This document shows, piece after piece, positions 29,549 to 38,648 of a DNA stretch of 50,822 nt. How positions within the stretch are numbered: the first letter of the stretch is position 1; each line of letters begins with the position of its first letter. The notes under the pieces are model-generated. The model saw only the letters and a program-made list of their open reading frames with translations. It ran no database searches and was not told where the DNA came from. Location of the stretch: NCBI GenBank assembly GCA_025054525.1, contig JANWZJ010000005.1, positions 2,458 to 53,279 of the forward strand. Direction: 5' to 3'. The stretch is from Bacteroidia bacterium (GTDB lineage: Bacteria > Bacteroidota > Bacteroidia > SpSt-205). A program made the position numbers and the translations under genes.

Positions 29549-30271
29549 AACTTTCTCTAAGAAGTAGGGGAGCTGTACTTTCCACCAGGGCCAATCGTGA
29601 TTCACATCGTGCCCCCATATATCTACCCAAGCGGGAATGCCTTTATGAGCCAGGACCTCAGCCATTTGGCGAGTGTGGGTGAGCATAGGCTCTTCCCAAG
29701 CTCCTTGCCCTACACAGAGAATAATCTTTTTCTTGCGAAGCTCATCTAAATAATAGGAATCATTCAGATTAGGGAGAAACCAGAGTGGGCTATTGTAATA
29801 GACCCATTCATCGCTATATTCTCCTAAGAAACCCGAAAGCTCATATACTCCGCTTAGCGCGATAACCCCTCCGAAATCATGCGGAAACCGAAAGATAAAG
29901 TTAGCTGCGTGATAAGCGCCCATACTCACGCCCGTCGTCCAAATCGGCTGGTCCGTAAAGCTCCGAATATAAGGGATTACTTCTTCTCGGATAAACTTCA
30001 CGAAGGCTTCGTGGCGGGGCCCACGCTCGGGCATCGGAAGGTCTCGTGATGTCCAGCTTTCCGCATCATAGCTATCCACCGTAAAGAATTGCACCTTGCC
30101 TTCTTCAATAAAAGGCCGAATGGCATCTATCAGCCCAAACTCTTCTAAGTTTCTATGGCCACTCTCCTGCGCAGGAAAGGCTAAGAAAGGAGCCCCCGCA
30201 TGTCCGTAGCGATTGACGCCCATCGGATGGACTAAGTAAGGCACTTCCCAACTGCGATGCTCTATACGCAT
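29543..30271 (-). CDS. Esterase-family alpha/beta hydrolase
   Basis: YGHAG, GVSMGAYHA, GQGAWE, DVNHDWPWW. Confidence 0.9.
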   Translation of the reverse strand: MRIEHRSWEVPYLVHPMGVNRYGHAGAPFLAFPAQESGHRNLEEFGLIDAIRPFIEEGKVQFFTVDSYDAESWTSRDLPMPERGPRHEAFVKFIREEVIPYIRSFTDQPIWTTGVSMGAYHAANFIFRFPHDFGGVIALSGVYELSGFLGEYSDEWVYYNSPLWFLPNLNDSYYLDELRKKKIILCVGQGAWEEPMLTHTRQMAEVLAHKGIPAWVDIWGHDVNHDWPWWKVQLPYFLEKVL

Positions 30272-30274
30272 AGG

Positions 30275-31438
30275 CTATAAGGTGAGTCTCTTCTGCGCAA
30301 AGGTAGCTAATGCCACCATCTCACTAAAATCAGGCGTACGGATAATATAATGATAGTCCCCCATAGCGGCTCGGAAAAGGGGATTCGTAGGGGCATGATG
30401 CACTAAATACGGCCCTAAATGGCGCAGCAGTTCTTCATGGGTATAGCTATATCCGATATGATGTTTGCGGGCGATGTAGCAGCAGTAATAGGGTGCTGGG
30501 GAAAAAGGCGGAAGGGCATGCCCATGAATCATTTCTGCCCACGCTCGGTATAAATCTATATCATGAGCGAAATTGAACATATCTAAGGTGGGATAGCCTG
30601 GGGGGCGCATATTGACCTCTAAGGGGTAGAGTTGTCCTTCTGGGGTGCGGATGAACTCAAAATGGAAAAAGCGCGCCTTTAACTCATAAGCGGCTACGAC
30701 CCTTCTCCCAGCGTCAGCTAAATCAGCAGGAATCTCTCTATGTACGAAGTAAAAAATATCTGTGTCTTCATTTACTACTTCGGCTATGCCTCGGTTATAT
30801 TCTAAGGAAGCGGCAAAGAGGATATTCCCGTTCCAATCGGTCAGTCCGTCAAAGGTTTGGATAGTGCCTGTGATGAACTTTTCCAGAAGGTATCCTGGGC
30901 GGAAACCCTGGCGAAAACGCTCTATGTCTTCGGGATAGTTGATTTTGTAGGTAGAGCCTGCACCTACGCCTTTATCAGGTTTAGCGATGATGGGTAGTCC
31001 ATATTGATGAATAAAGTTCTCTACATCGGCAAAGCTATGGGCGACTTGACCGGGGATGGGGGCGATTCCTGCCTTTTGAAAATAGGCTTTCATATGGCTT
31101 TTCTGCTGGAAGGAGGGTAGGTCGGCGGGGCGAGGGCCTAAAATGTCCAAGGCTTCTCGGACAGCCGCATCCAGCGGAAGCCAGTATTCATTAAAGGAGT
31201 CCACTCCGTTAGGCTTGCCAAACTCTTGAGCAAAGCCACGAGCTGCCGCCAAAACAGCTTCTGTATGGTGGAGGTCTCCTACACCCGCGTACCTTGTCAA
31301 GGATTGATGTACATGAGAAGGCACTTCATGATAAGGAGTACCGCCAATCCCTAAGGCTATGCCCCCTAATCGCTGAAAGTGCCATGCAAAAAGATGATAG
31401 TTCGGAGGAAACTCAGGAGAAAGGAAAATCCAGACCAT
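30275..31438 (-). CDS. ATP-grasp domain protein
   Basis: SPEFP, NEYWL, KPDKGVGA, EKFI, FFHFEF, EVNMRPPG. Confidence 0.9.
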   Translation of the reverse strand: MVWIFLSPEFPPNYHLFAWHFQRLGGIALGIGGTPYHEVPSHVHQSLTRYAGVGDLHHTEAVLAAARGFAQEFGKPNGVDSFNEYWLPLDAAVREALDILGPRPADLPSFQQKSHMKAYFQKAGIAPIPGQVAHSFADVENFIHQYGLPIIAKPDKGVGAGSTYKINYPEDIERFRQGFRPGYLLEKFITGTIQTFDGLTDWNGNILFAASLEYNRGIAEVVNEDTDIFYFVHREIPADLADAGRRVVAAYELKARFFHFEFIRTPEGQLYPLEVNMRPPGYPTLDMFNFAHDIDLYRAWAEMIHGHALPPFSPAPYYCCYIARKHHIGYSYTHEELLRHLGPYLVHHAPTNPLFRAAMGDYHYIIRTPDFSEMVALATFAQKRLTL

Positions 31439-31443
31439 CCTTG

Positions 31444-31451
31444 CAAAAGTA
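31444..31451 (-). promoter_or_regulatory. -7 promoter element (ATP-grasp/esterase)
   Basis: TACTTTTG, 5 nt before ATG. Confidence 0.8.
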
Positions 31452-31467
31452 CCACAAAATTTTGCCT

Positions 31468-32043
31468 CTACGGCTCTAATGCATCATCCATATAATCAGG
31501 AAGAACATTCTTTTGCACGGTGCCTGTACTGAGGTACTTTATCGTTTCCAGCGTAGCTACTATGGTATTGCCCTGATGATCTATGCGCAGGAGAAAGTTC
31601 CACTCTTGATAAGGGAGCATGACAATCTCGCCCAGCGAACGCATACTGATTTGCTCTATCAGGCGGGGCCAGATGAGCTTTTTGAGCTGGAGAAAGGGGA
31701 TATTCTCTCGGTGAAGCAGAGTAAGGAGGGTATCTAAAAGATTCATAAGTCCTCGGGTAAGGCCTCCTGCCAGGGGATAAGAAGCGGGTATGCGAAGCTC
31801 ATAAGTGATATGATGCCGAATGCAGGCGCGTTGTTCTATGCGCAGTTGGAGGGTTGGGCTAAGCCAGAGGATTTCTGTTTTACTGCGGGGCTCCCACTGA
31901 TACTGGTAGAGGTAGGGAAAATGGAGTGGCGTGATGGGACGAAGGCTATCTTCGGAGAGGCGACACGGGCCTGAGAGAGGGTTTTGACTGAGGCGAAGCT
32001 GCGCTAATAATAAGAGAGGGAATCCCAGCCATAGAGCTCTCAT
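31468..32043 (-). CDS. Exported hypothetical protein
   Basis: Signal peptide MRALWLGFPLLLLA|Q; ATGA overlap with thiD. Confidence 0.7.
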   Translation of the reverse strand: MRALWLGFPLLLLAQLRLSQNPLSGPCRLSEDSLRPITPLHFPYLYQYQWEPRSKTEILWLSPTLQLRIEQRACIRHHITYELRIPASYPLAGGLTRGLMNLLDTLLTLLHRENIPFLQLKKLIWPRLIEQISMRSLGEIVMLPYQEWNFLLRIDHQGNTIVATLETIKYLSTGTVQKNVLPDYMDDALEP

Positions 32044-32849
32044 CCAGCCGCATGGGGATTGAGTACGATGGCGGCTTTGCCTAAGGAGAGGTCCGTCTTA
32101 GAGAGGGCCCGATGAACGAAATCTAAGGCAGTAAGGGCTGCTGAGACTGGATTTTCTCCCTGAGCTAATCGTGCCGCTAAGGCAGAGGCGAGCGTACAAC
32201 CCGTACCATGGGGCGGACGCTCTAATCGCAGCCGGCTCTGCGTGAATCTCTGTATGAGCTGTCCTTCTTTGAAGAATAAGGTCGTTACCGTGGAAGGCTC
32301 CCAGCTTGCATGCCCCCCTTTGAGCAGCCAGTAAGGACGGGGGTATTTGCGAGAGAGCCTTTCACCCAGCAGGAAAAATGCTTTATCTGAAGTAGGAACC
32401 GACTCCTTGGCTAAGAGGGCGGCTTCGTGGAGATTGGGGGTAACGACATAGGCTTCTGCACAGAATGTCTGTAAAGCTGCTTCAGCCCCCTCTGAGAGTA
32501 ATCGTGCCCCGGATGCCGCTACCATCACAGGGTCCACCACCCATGGCATATCGGGAGCTTCCTTAACTAAAAAGGTATGCACCACTCGGATAATACCCTC
32601 TTCTGCAAGCATACCAGTCTTGACAGCCTTGGGGCGAATGTCTGCAAAGACCATTTCCAGCTGCAGGCGCACAAAATCAGAGGGCACTACCAGAATATCT
32701 CGTACTGCAGTAGTGTTTTGGGCGGTGAGTGCAGTAAGCACACTCATGCCATAAGTGCCTAAGGCAGTGAAGGCCTTGAGGTCTGCCTGAATGCCCGCTC
32801 CCCCACTACAATCCGAGCCCGCAATCGTCAGAACTGGAACAAACCGCAT
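32040..32849 (-). CDS. thiD: Hydroxymethylpyrimidine / phosphomethylpyrimidine kinase
   Basis: TIAGSDCSGGAGIQADLK, KTGML, DPVM, TPNLHEA, HGTGCTL. Confidence 0.96.
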   Translation of the reverse strand: MRFVPVLTIAGSDCSGGAGIQADLKAFTALGTYGMSVLTALTAQNTTAVRDILVVPSDFVRLQLEMVFADIRPKAVKTGMLAEEGIIRVVHTFLVKEAPDMPWVVDPVMVAASGARLLSEGAEAALQTFCAEAYVVTPNLHEAALLAKESVPTSDKAFFLLGERLSRKYPRPYWLLKGGHASWEPSTVTTLFFKEGQLIQRFTQSRLRLERPPHGTGCTLASALAARLAQGENPVSAALTALDFVHRALSKTDLSLGKAAIVLNPHAAG

Positions 32850-34054
32850 TAGGTGGAAACAGCCTGCTTGAGCGCTTCCTGCACCTTGCGCGCAGCTTCC
32901 TCCAACTCCACCGCAGGAATCAAAGGAAGCCCAGACTCGCGCAGCATTTGGGCGGCTTTATCGGCATTTGTACCCTGCAATCGCACTACCATAGGCACAG
33001 GAATGCTTCCTATCTGACGATATACTTGAAGAATTCCTTCCGCCACTCGGTCGCACTGCACGATTCCGCCAAATATATTGACGAGTATCACTTTGACATT
33101 TGGGTCTTTGAGAAGAATCTCAAAGGCGCGAGATATGCGTTCTACATTAGCGCCGCCGCCTACGTCCAAGAAGTTGGCTGGCCATCCACCCGCCAGTTTG
33201 ATAATATCCATCGTAGCCATCGCCAGTCCAGCACCGTTGACCATGCAGCCTACATTTCCATCCAGTTTAACGTAGCTGAGGTTGTATTGTCGTGCCAAAG
33301 TCTCCAAGGGCTCCTCTTCCTGCACATCTCGGAGCACCTCTAAGTCTTTGTGTCGCACCGCTAATCCATTATCTTCTAACTCCAACTTCGCATCCAAGGC
33401 GATAATCTTATCATCAGAAGTCTTGAGCATGGGGTTTATTTCTAAAAGCTGCGCATCTAAGTCGGCATAGGCTTGGTAGAGCTTGACCAAAAAATCTACG
33501 GCATTCTTGAATGCCTCACCTGAGAGGCCCAGCTTGTAGGCGATTTCTCGTGCTTGATAGGGCATTAGCCCCATCATAGGGCTGATAGGTACCCGTAGAA
33601 TAGCCTCTGGTCGCTGACGCGCTACTTCTTCTATTTCTACGCCCCCTTCTGCGCTGGCGATAAGAATATCCCGTTCCGTAGCGCGATCCGTCGTCAAACT
33701 CACATAAAACTCTCGGATAGGCGAAGGACCTGGATAAAAAGCATCCCCCGTTACATAGATTTTATGCACGACTTTGCCTTGGGGACCGGTTTGGGGCGTG
33801 ACGAGCGTCATACCAATCATCTTGGAAGCTATATCTCGCACTTCTTCTAAAGATTTGGCGAGTTTGACGCCCCCTGCCTTGCCGCGCCCTCCGGCGTGGA
33901 TTTGCGCTTTGAGAACCCAGGGTCCTTTGCCCGAAGGGTCAATCTTACGAGCCGCTTCTACCGCCTCTTCGGCAGTCGTGGCTACATGTCCCCCCGCTGC
34001 AGGGATACCATACCGAGTGAGAAGTTCTTTGGCTTGGTATTCATGGAGCTTCAT
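32849..34054 (-). CDS. sucC: Succinyl-CoA ligase beta subunit
   Basis: MKLHEYQAK, KAQIHAGGRGKAGGV, NGAGLAMATMD, NFLDVGG, NIFGGI. Confidence 0.98.
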   Translation of the reverse strand: MKLHEYQAKELLTRYGIPAAGGHVATTAEEAVEAARKIDPSGKGPWVLKAQIHAGGRGKAGGVKLAKSLEEVRDIASKMIGMTLVTPQTGPQGKVVHKIYVTGDAFYPGPSPIREFYVSLTTDRATERDILIASAEGGVEIEEVARQRPEAILRVPISPMMGLMPYQAREIAYKLGLSGEAFKNAVDFLVKLYQAYADLDAQLLEINPMLKTSDDKIIALDAKLELEDNGLAVRHKDLEVLRDVQEEEPLETLARQYNLSYVKLDGNVGCMVNGAGLAMATMDIIKLAGGWPANFLDVGGGANVERISRAFEILLKDPNVKVILVNIFGGIVQCDRVAEGILQVYRQIGSIPVPMVVRLQGTNADKAAQMLRESGLPLIPAVELEEAARKVQEALKQAVST

Positions 34055-34059
34055 TAGGG

Positions 34060-34067
34060 CAATATTA
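34060..34067 (-). promoter_or_regulatory. -7 promoter element variant (sucC)
   Basis: TAATATTG (1 mismatch), 5 nt before ATG. Confidence 0.6.
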
Positions 34068-34088
34068 GCGAAAAATGGCGCGCTTGCT

Positions 34089-34096
34089 TACCTTTG
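34089..34096 (+). promoter_or_regulatory. -7 promoter element (E2-uvrC)
   Basis: TACCTTTG, 4 nt before ATG. Confidence 0.8.
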
Positions 34097-34100
34097 AGGT

Positions 34101-35450
34101 ATGATAGAGCTGACGCTGCCCCGGTTGGGTGAGAGCGTTACAGAAGCTCGCATTATCCGCTGGCTCAAGAAACCCGGCGACCGGGTAGAAGCAGATGAAC
34201 CTATCTTAGAGATAGCTACGGATAAAGTAGACTCCGAAGTGCCCGCTCCCGCAGCAGGCATACTTGCAGAGATTCGCGTGCAGGAAGGCCAGACTGTACC
34301 GGTAGGCACTGTTCTGGCTATTATTCAGTCTCAAGCGGAAGTCGCTACTTCTTCTGCGCCTCAAAGCATTCCCGCCGCTGCCCCCCTCTCTCCTGCTGCC
34401 TCACCCACTCTCACTAATGGCAGTTCTTCACCAGAGCGTATCCCCGCTCGCGATGGAGATAGATTTTATTCGCCTTTGGTACGCACAATCGCTCAGAAAG
34501 AAGGCGTTACGCTCCAAGAGCTCGCCACAATCCCAGGCACAGGCAGTGGGGGACGCGTCACGAAACAGGATATATTAGACTATATCGCTAAGCGGCAAGT
34601 CAGCCTACCTACTCCTCCACCCCCTGCCTCAGTTCCAGCGGCCCCAGCCGCCCCCTCCACTCCTCCTGCTTCTATCCAGGAAATCATCCAGTATCTCCAA
34701 GAGCACTTCATCCTCATACCGAAGAAGAAGTTCTCCTATGATAACGCTCAAGCTGTGGAGATGGACCGCATGCGCAAAATCATCGCCGAAAACATGGTCT
34801 ATTCTAAGCACATCGCCCCCCACGTAACGAGTTTCGTAGAAGCCGATGTAACTTCACTTGTACTCTGGCGAGAGAAAGTCAAAGATACCTTTGAGAGAAA
34901 GTATGGAGAAAAGCTCACTTATACTCATGTTTTCGTAGAGATACTGGCTCAAGTGCTGCGAGAATACCCTCAACTCAACGCTTCCGTAGAAGGAGATAGA
35001 ATATACCACAAAAAGGATATTCACTTAGGGGTGGCTGTAGCTTTACCTGACAACAACCTTATCGTACCGGTCGTGCGCCATGCAGATAGACTGAACTTAG
35101 CAGGGATAGCGGCGGCAGTAAATGATCTTTCTCGTCGTGCCCGTGCGGGTCAGCTCAAACCCGACGAAATCAGTGGAGGCACCTATACACTCTCTAATGT
35201 GGGTACGTTCGGCAGTATGATGGGGACGCCGGTGATTCTCCAGCCGCAAGTAGGCATCTTAGCTACGGGTGTAATCCGCAAAAAGCCTATCGTCTTAGAG
35301 ACCCCTACGGGCGACACTATCGCCATTCGGCATGTAATGGTGCTTTCACACTCATACGACCATAGGGTGATAGATGGAGCACTGGGAGGGGCATTTGTAC
35401 GGAGAGTGGCAGACCTTTTAGAAAGCTGGGATTTGAACCGAGCTATCTGA
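34101..35450 (+). CDS. 2-oxoacid dehydrogenase E2 dihydrolipoamide acyltransferase
   Basis: Lipoyl domain TDKVDSE, E3-binding GTGSGGRVTKQD, catalytic DHRVIDG; substrate class not resolved. Confidence 0.95.
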   Translation: MIELTLPRLGESVTEARIIRWLKKPGDRVEADEPILEIATDKVDSEVPAPAAGILAEIRVQEGQTVPVGTVLAIIQSQAEVATSSAPQSIPAAAPLSPAASPTLTNGSSSPERIPARDGDRFYSPLVRTIAQKEGVTLQELATIPGTGSGGRVTKQDILDYIAKRQVSLPTPPPPASVPAAPAAPSTPPASIQEIIQYLQEHFILIPKKKFSYDNAQAVEMDRMRKIIAENMVYSKHIAPHVTSFVEADVTSLVLWREKVKDTFERKYGEKLTYTHVFVEILAQVLREYPQLNASVEGDRIYHKKDIHLGVAVALPDNNLIVPVVRHADRLNLAGIAAAVNDLSRRARAGQLKPDEISGGTYTLSNVGTFGSMMGTPVILQPQVGILATGVIRKKPIVLETPTGDTIAIRHVMVLSHSYDHRVIDGALGGAFVRRVADLLESWDLNRAI

Positions 35451-35453
35451 CTC

Positions 35454-37256
35454 ATGGACCTCGCCACAGCGCGAGAACTCCTGCCCGAACTGCCCGGCGT
35501 GTATAAGTTTCTCGGTGCTCGGGGCGAAGTCATCTATGTTGGCAAAGCCCGCAACCTTCGCAAAAGAGTCCAGAGCTACTTCTTACGAGCGGAGGAGCCC
35601 ACTTGTGACTATAAGACCCGATTGATTGTGCGTCATGCGGCAGGCTTAGAATGGATAGTCACGGAGAGTGAATGGGATGCCCTCCTATTGGAGAATAATC
35701 TTATCAAACATTACAACCCCCGCTATAATGTACTGCTCAAGGATGGCAAAACTTATCCTTATCTCTCTATCACGAAAGAGCCTTATCCTCGGCTGGTCTT
35801 TACGCGGCAGAAGGTATTTGAGGGGGCGAAATACTATGGTCCGTTCCCTGGGGGCGGCATGCTGCGTTCCCTAATGGAGCTTTTCTACCACTTGTACAAG
35901 CTCCGGGATTGTGATTTGAAGCTTACGCCGGAGGGAGTAGCTGCGGGAAAGTTTCGCCCCTGTGTAAAATATCATATTGGCACATGCGCAGCGCCTTGCA
36001 TAGGCAAGCAGAGTTATGAGGCATATGTAGCCGCTGTAGAGGAGGTTCAGGAGCTGCTGGAAGGCAAATGGGAAGAAGTACTCACCCGCATAGATGCAGA
36101 GCGGCAGAAAGCGGTGGATGCATTAGAGTTTGAGCGGGCACATGAGCTCAAAAAGCGCTACGAACAGCTTCAAGCCTATCGCCAGCGTAGTGTCGTAGCC
36201 GATGCCGCAGTGGGCGATGTGGAGGTTCTTAGCTTTGTAGAAGGGGTAAAGCTGGGGGTAGTACATCACTTGTCTTTGCGGGGAGGGCGCGTGGTAGCCA
36301 GTCATACTTGGCAGTTCGCCGCAAGAGAATGGCAAGAAAATCCCGCAGAAGTTTTAGACCGAGTTATAGGCACTCTCATAGACCATCAAGAATCGGTGGC
36401 TTCTGTGGTATTAGTGGATGGCTGGTCGCTGACTTATAGCCTACCAGAACTCCAAGAAACAGAGCTACGCCTCCCCGAAAGTCCTGCGGAGCAGGAGGTA
36501 GCCGCCTTATGTCGCAAAACCGCTTTCAGTTTAGCCCAGCAGAAGAATGCTTTCTTGGAAGAGCAGCGCGCCTCACGCTATAAGAAGGAGCTGGAAGAAC
36601 TCATGCGTATTTTACACTTGCCGCGCTTACCTCGCAGGATAGAGTGTATAGACAACTCTCACATTCAAGGGGCACACTTAGTGTCGGGGGTATCCGTCTT
36701 CATAGATGGAGCGCCGCGCCGCAGCGAATATCGCCGCTACGTACAAGAGCTTCGGAAAGGAGATGATTTTGCGGCGATGCGCTGGGTGATTTTGCGCCGC
36801 TATGAAAAACGCGCCCGAGAAAGTATGCCTCTACCCGACCTTCTCCTCATAGACGGGGGTAAAGGGCAGCTCTCCGCCGCCTTAGAGGCTCTCAATGCAA
36901 TAGGCTTACAGGAGATACCTGTATTTGCCTTAGCGAAGAAAAAAGAGGAAGTATTTGCTCCTGGGCGGACAGAACCTATCTACATAGATACGCGCAGTCC
37001 TGTACTTCGGCTGCTACAACGGATTCGGGATGAGACCCATGAAACTGCAATAGGTTTTCATCGGCAGCGGCGGAAAGCAGCTACGCTGCGCACTACCTTA
37101 CTCGCAGTGCCAGGAATCGGAGAAAAGCTGGCAGCTCGTCTCTTAGAGGAGTTCGGCTCTATGGAGAAGCTCAAGGAGGCTTCTTTGGAGGATTTAGCCC
37201 GAGTGGTGGGCAAAAGACGCGCAGCGCTCTTACAAAAACACCTTTCCGATGCCTAA
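35454..37256 (+). CDS. uvrC: Excinuclease ABC subunit C
   Basis: GIY-YIG (PGVY..YVGKA), ECIDNSH, IDGGKGQ, RDETH, HhH PGIG. Confidence 0.97.
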   Translation: MDLATARELLPELPGVYKFLGARGEVIYVGKARNLRKRVQSYFLRAEEPTCDYKTRLIVRHAAGLEWIVTESEWDALLLENNLIKHYNPRYNVLLKDGKTYPYLSITKEPYPRLVFTRQKVFEGAKYYGPFPGGGMLRSLMELFYHLYKLRDCDLKLTPEGVAAGKFRPCVKYHIGTCAAPCIGKQSYEAYVAAVEEVQELLEGKWEEVLTRIDAERQKAVDALEFERAHELKKRYEQLQAYRQRSVVADAAVGDVEVLSFVEGVKLGVVHHLSLRGGRVVASHTWQFAAREWQENPAEVLDRVIGTLIDHQESVASVVLVDGWSLTYSLPELQETELRLPESPAEQEVAALCRKTAFSLAQQKNAFLEEQRASRYKKELEELMRILHLPRLPRRIECIDNSHIQGAHLVSGVSVFIDGAPRRSEYRRYVQELRKGDDFAAMRWVILRRYEKRARESMPLPDLLLIDGGKGQLSAALEALNAIGLQEIPVFALAKKKEEVFAPGRTEPIYIDTRSPVLRLLQRIRDETHETAIGFHRQRRKAATLRTTLLAVPGIGEKLAARLLEEFGSMEKLKEASLEDLARVVGKRRAALLQKHLSDA

Positions 37257-37524
37257 GCCCCTAAGCGAGTACCTTCAAGCCTTCTTTGCAGGAAAGCTTC
37301 AGGATAAGACTCCCTTAGAAGTCCAGCTGCGGGAGACTTGGCGACGACTAATGGGGGAGGAAATCGCCCAAGCCACCCTATCCCTCCAACTCCGCAAGCA
37401 AACCCTTATTATTTGCATTAGTGACCCTCTTCTACGAGAGACCCTAAGCTGGCAAAAGCCAGAGCTGCTGCGATTATGGCAAGGTAGCGGCTACCCCAAT
37501 ATCCGAAAGATTACCATACAATAG
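37249..37524 (+). CDS. DUF721 / DciA-family protein
   Basis: W-RRLMGEEIAQAT...L.I..S...RETL pattern; 91 aa. Confidence 0.75.
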   Translation: MPKPLSEYLQAFFAGKLQDKTPLEVQLRETWRRLMGEEIAQATLSLQLRKQTLIICISDPLLRETLSWQKPELLRLWQGSGYPNIRKITIQ

Positions 37525-37536
37525 CAGGTTTATCTG

Positions 37537-37544
37537 TACCTTTG
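37537..37544 (+). promoter_or_regulatory. -7 promoter element (collagen-like lipoprotein)
   Basis: TACCTTTG, 4 nt before ATG. Confidence 0.8.
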
Positions 37545-37548
37545 TCTC

Positions 37549-38181
37549 ATGCGAAAGGTTACGGCGTTGCTAATACCTACCACTCTCCTATTCGTGTGGA
37601 GCTGCCGCGGCAAACAAGGACCTCAGGGCCCCCAAGGCCCCCAAGGTAACCCTGGGCGCGACCTCACCCGTCCTCAACAGGGATATATTGAGGGAAGAGC
37701 CCGAGGCAAGGATAATGCAGGAAATGCTTTTGATTTTACATTCAGATACAGCTATTACTTTGCTGTCCCCGGAGCCATACAAGCTCTAAGCGGGAATATA
37801 CGAGAAATCTTCTTTGAGCGGTCTGACTCGGCAGGCTTAGGTAACATTAGTATACGCTTCCGCTTCAATCCCTCCAATAATCAGACCTCCGACGTAACGA
37901 TAGAAGGGAATGCAGTTGAGCTAAGAGGTAATACCGTATCTGCGTATGCATTAGAGTATTACCTAAATGCCCCTGGGCTTCCGAGAGTCACACGAGAGAT
38001 AAGAAACGTTCGTCTCTTGGGAGACACTGCATGTACGGGTGAATTCGTATATATACGAGAAACAGGCGGCGGCATGATCCCTAATACACCCTCCAATACT
38101 CATCCTGATACAGTCTCAGGCACTTTCAATGTGAAACTTCTGCCTGTTCGCTCATATGGACGGACGGCGGGGGCTAACTGA
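37549..38181 (+). CDS. Lipoprotein with short collagen-like (G-X-Y) repeat
   Basis: Lipobox VWS-C followed by GKQGPQGPQGPQGNPGRD. Confidence 0.82.
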   Translation: MRKVTALLIPTTLLFVWSCRGKQGPQGPQGPQGNPGRDLTRPQQGYIEGRARGKDNAGNAFDFTFRYSYYFAVPGAIQALSGNIREIFFERSDSAGLGNISIRFRFNPSNNQTSDVTIEGNAVELRGNTVSAYALEYYLNAPGLPRVTREIRNVRLLGDTACTGEFVYIRETGGGMIPNTPSNTHPDTVSGTFNVKLLPVRSYGRTAGAN

Positions 38182-38473
38182 GTAAGATTTTTTCCACGGC
38201 TTCTTTTATCTGGGCGGGCGTGATCCCTTCTATTTGACGACAAGGGATAGCCTGACATCCATACCAAGAGTCCCACTGACAACCTGGCAGACATTGCTCC
38301 CCGCCTTCCCAGAAGACAGCATGAACATTAGGATAAAGAGTAGCATATTCAGGACGAATTCGGCGGAAAAGCCCTACAGTTGGTATCCCCAATGCCCCCG
38401 CAATATGAAGCGTGCCCGTATCTATCGTAATCGCTAACTGAGCTATACTGAAAAGGGCTACTACCTCTTCTGC
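38174..38473 (-). pseudogene. C-terminal remnant of a GT9 (heptosyltransferase-like) glycosyltransferase
   Basis: Frame extends upstream of the track ORF: AEEVVALFSIAQLAITIDTGTLHIAGALGIPTVGLF. In-frame TAA at 38474-38476; no room for the N-terminal domain. Confidence 0.75.
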
Positions 38474-38563
38474 TTAGCCAAGTACTCGTTGAGAGTGTGC
38501 CATAAGTACCAAGCACTGCGAAGCAGCCATACTTTCACCTACCGAAGTTCGTAAGAAATCTCT

Positions 38564-38571
38564 TACCTTTG
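38564..38571 (+). promoter_or_regulatory. -7 promoter element (tRNA-Asn)
   Basis: TACCTTTG, 4 nt before mature G1. Confidence 0.8.
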
Positions 38572-38575
38572 TAAT

Positions 38576-38648
38576 GCCCGCTTAGCTCAGCGGTTAGAGC
38601 ATCTGGCTGTTAACCAGAGGGTCGCAGGTTCGAATCCTGCAGCGGGCG
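38576..38648 (+). tRNA. tRNA-Asn(GUU), G1-C72, no encoded CCA
   Basis: GCCCGCT...TCTGG CT GTT AA CCAGA...GCAGG TTCGAAT CCTGC AGCGGGC G. Confidence 0.96.

Noticed and set aside
38474-38476. Stop-codon readthrough or recoding in the GT9 fragment
   Set aside because: The stop is TAA, the upstream frame has no evident GT9 similarity or room, and other genes use the standard code.
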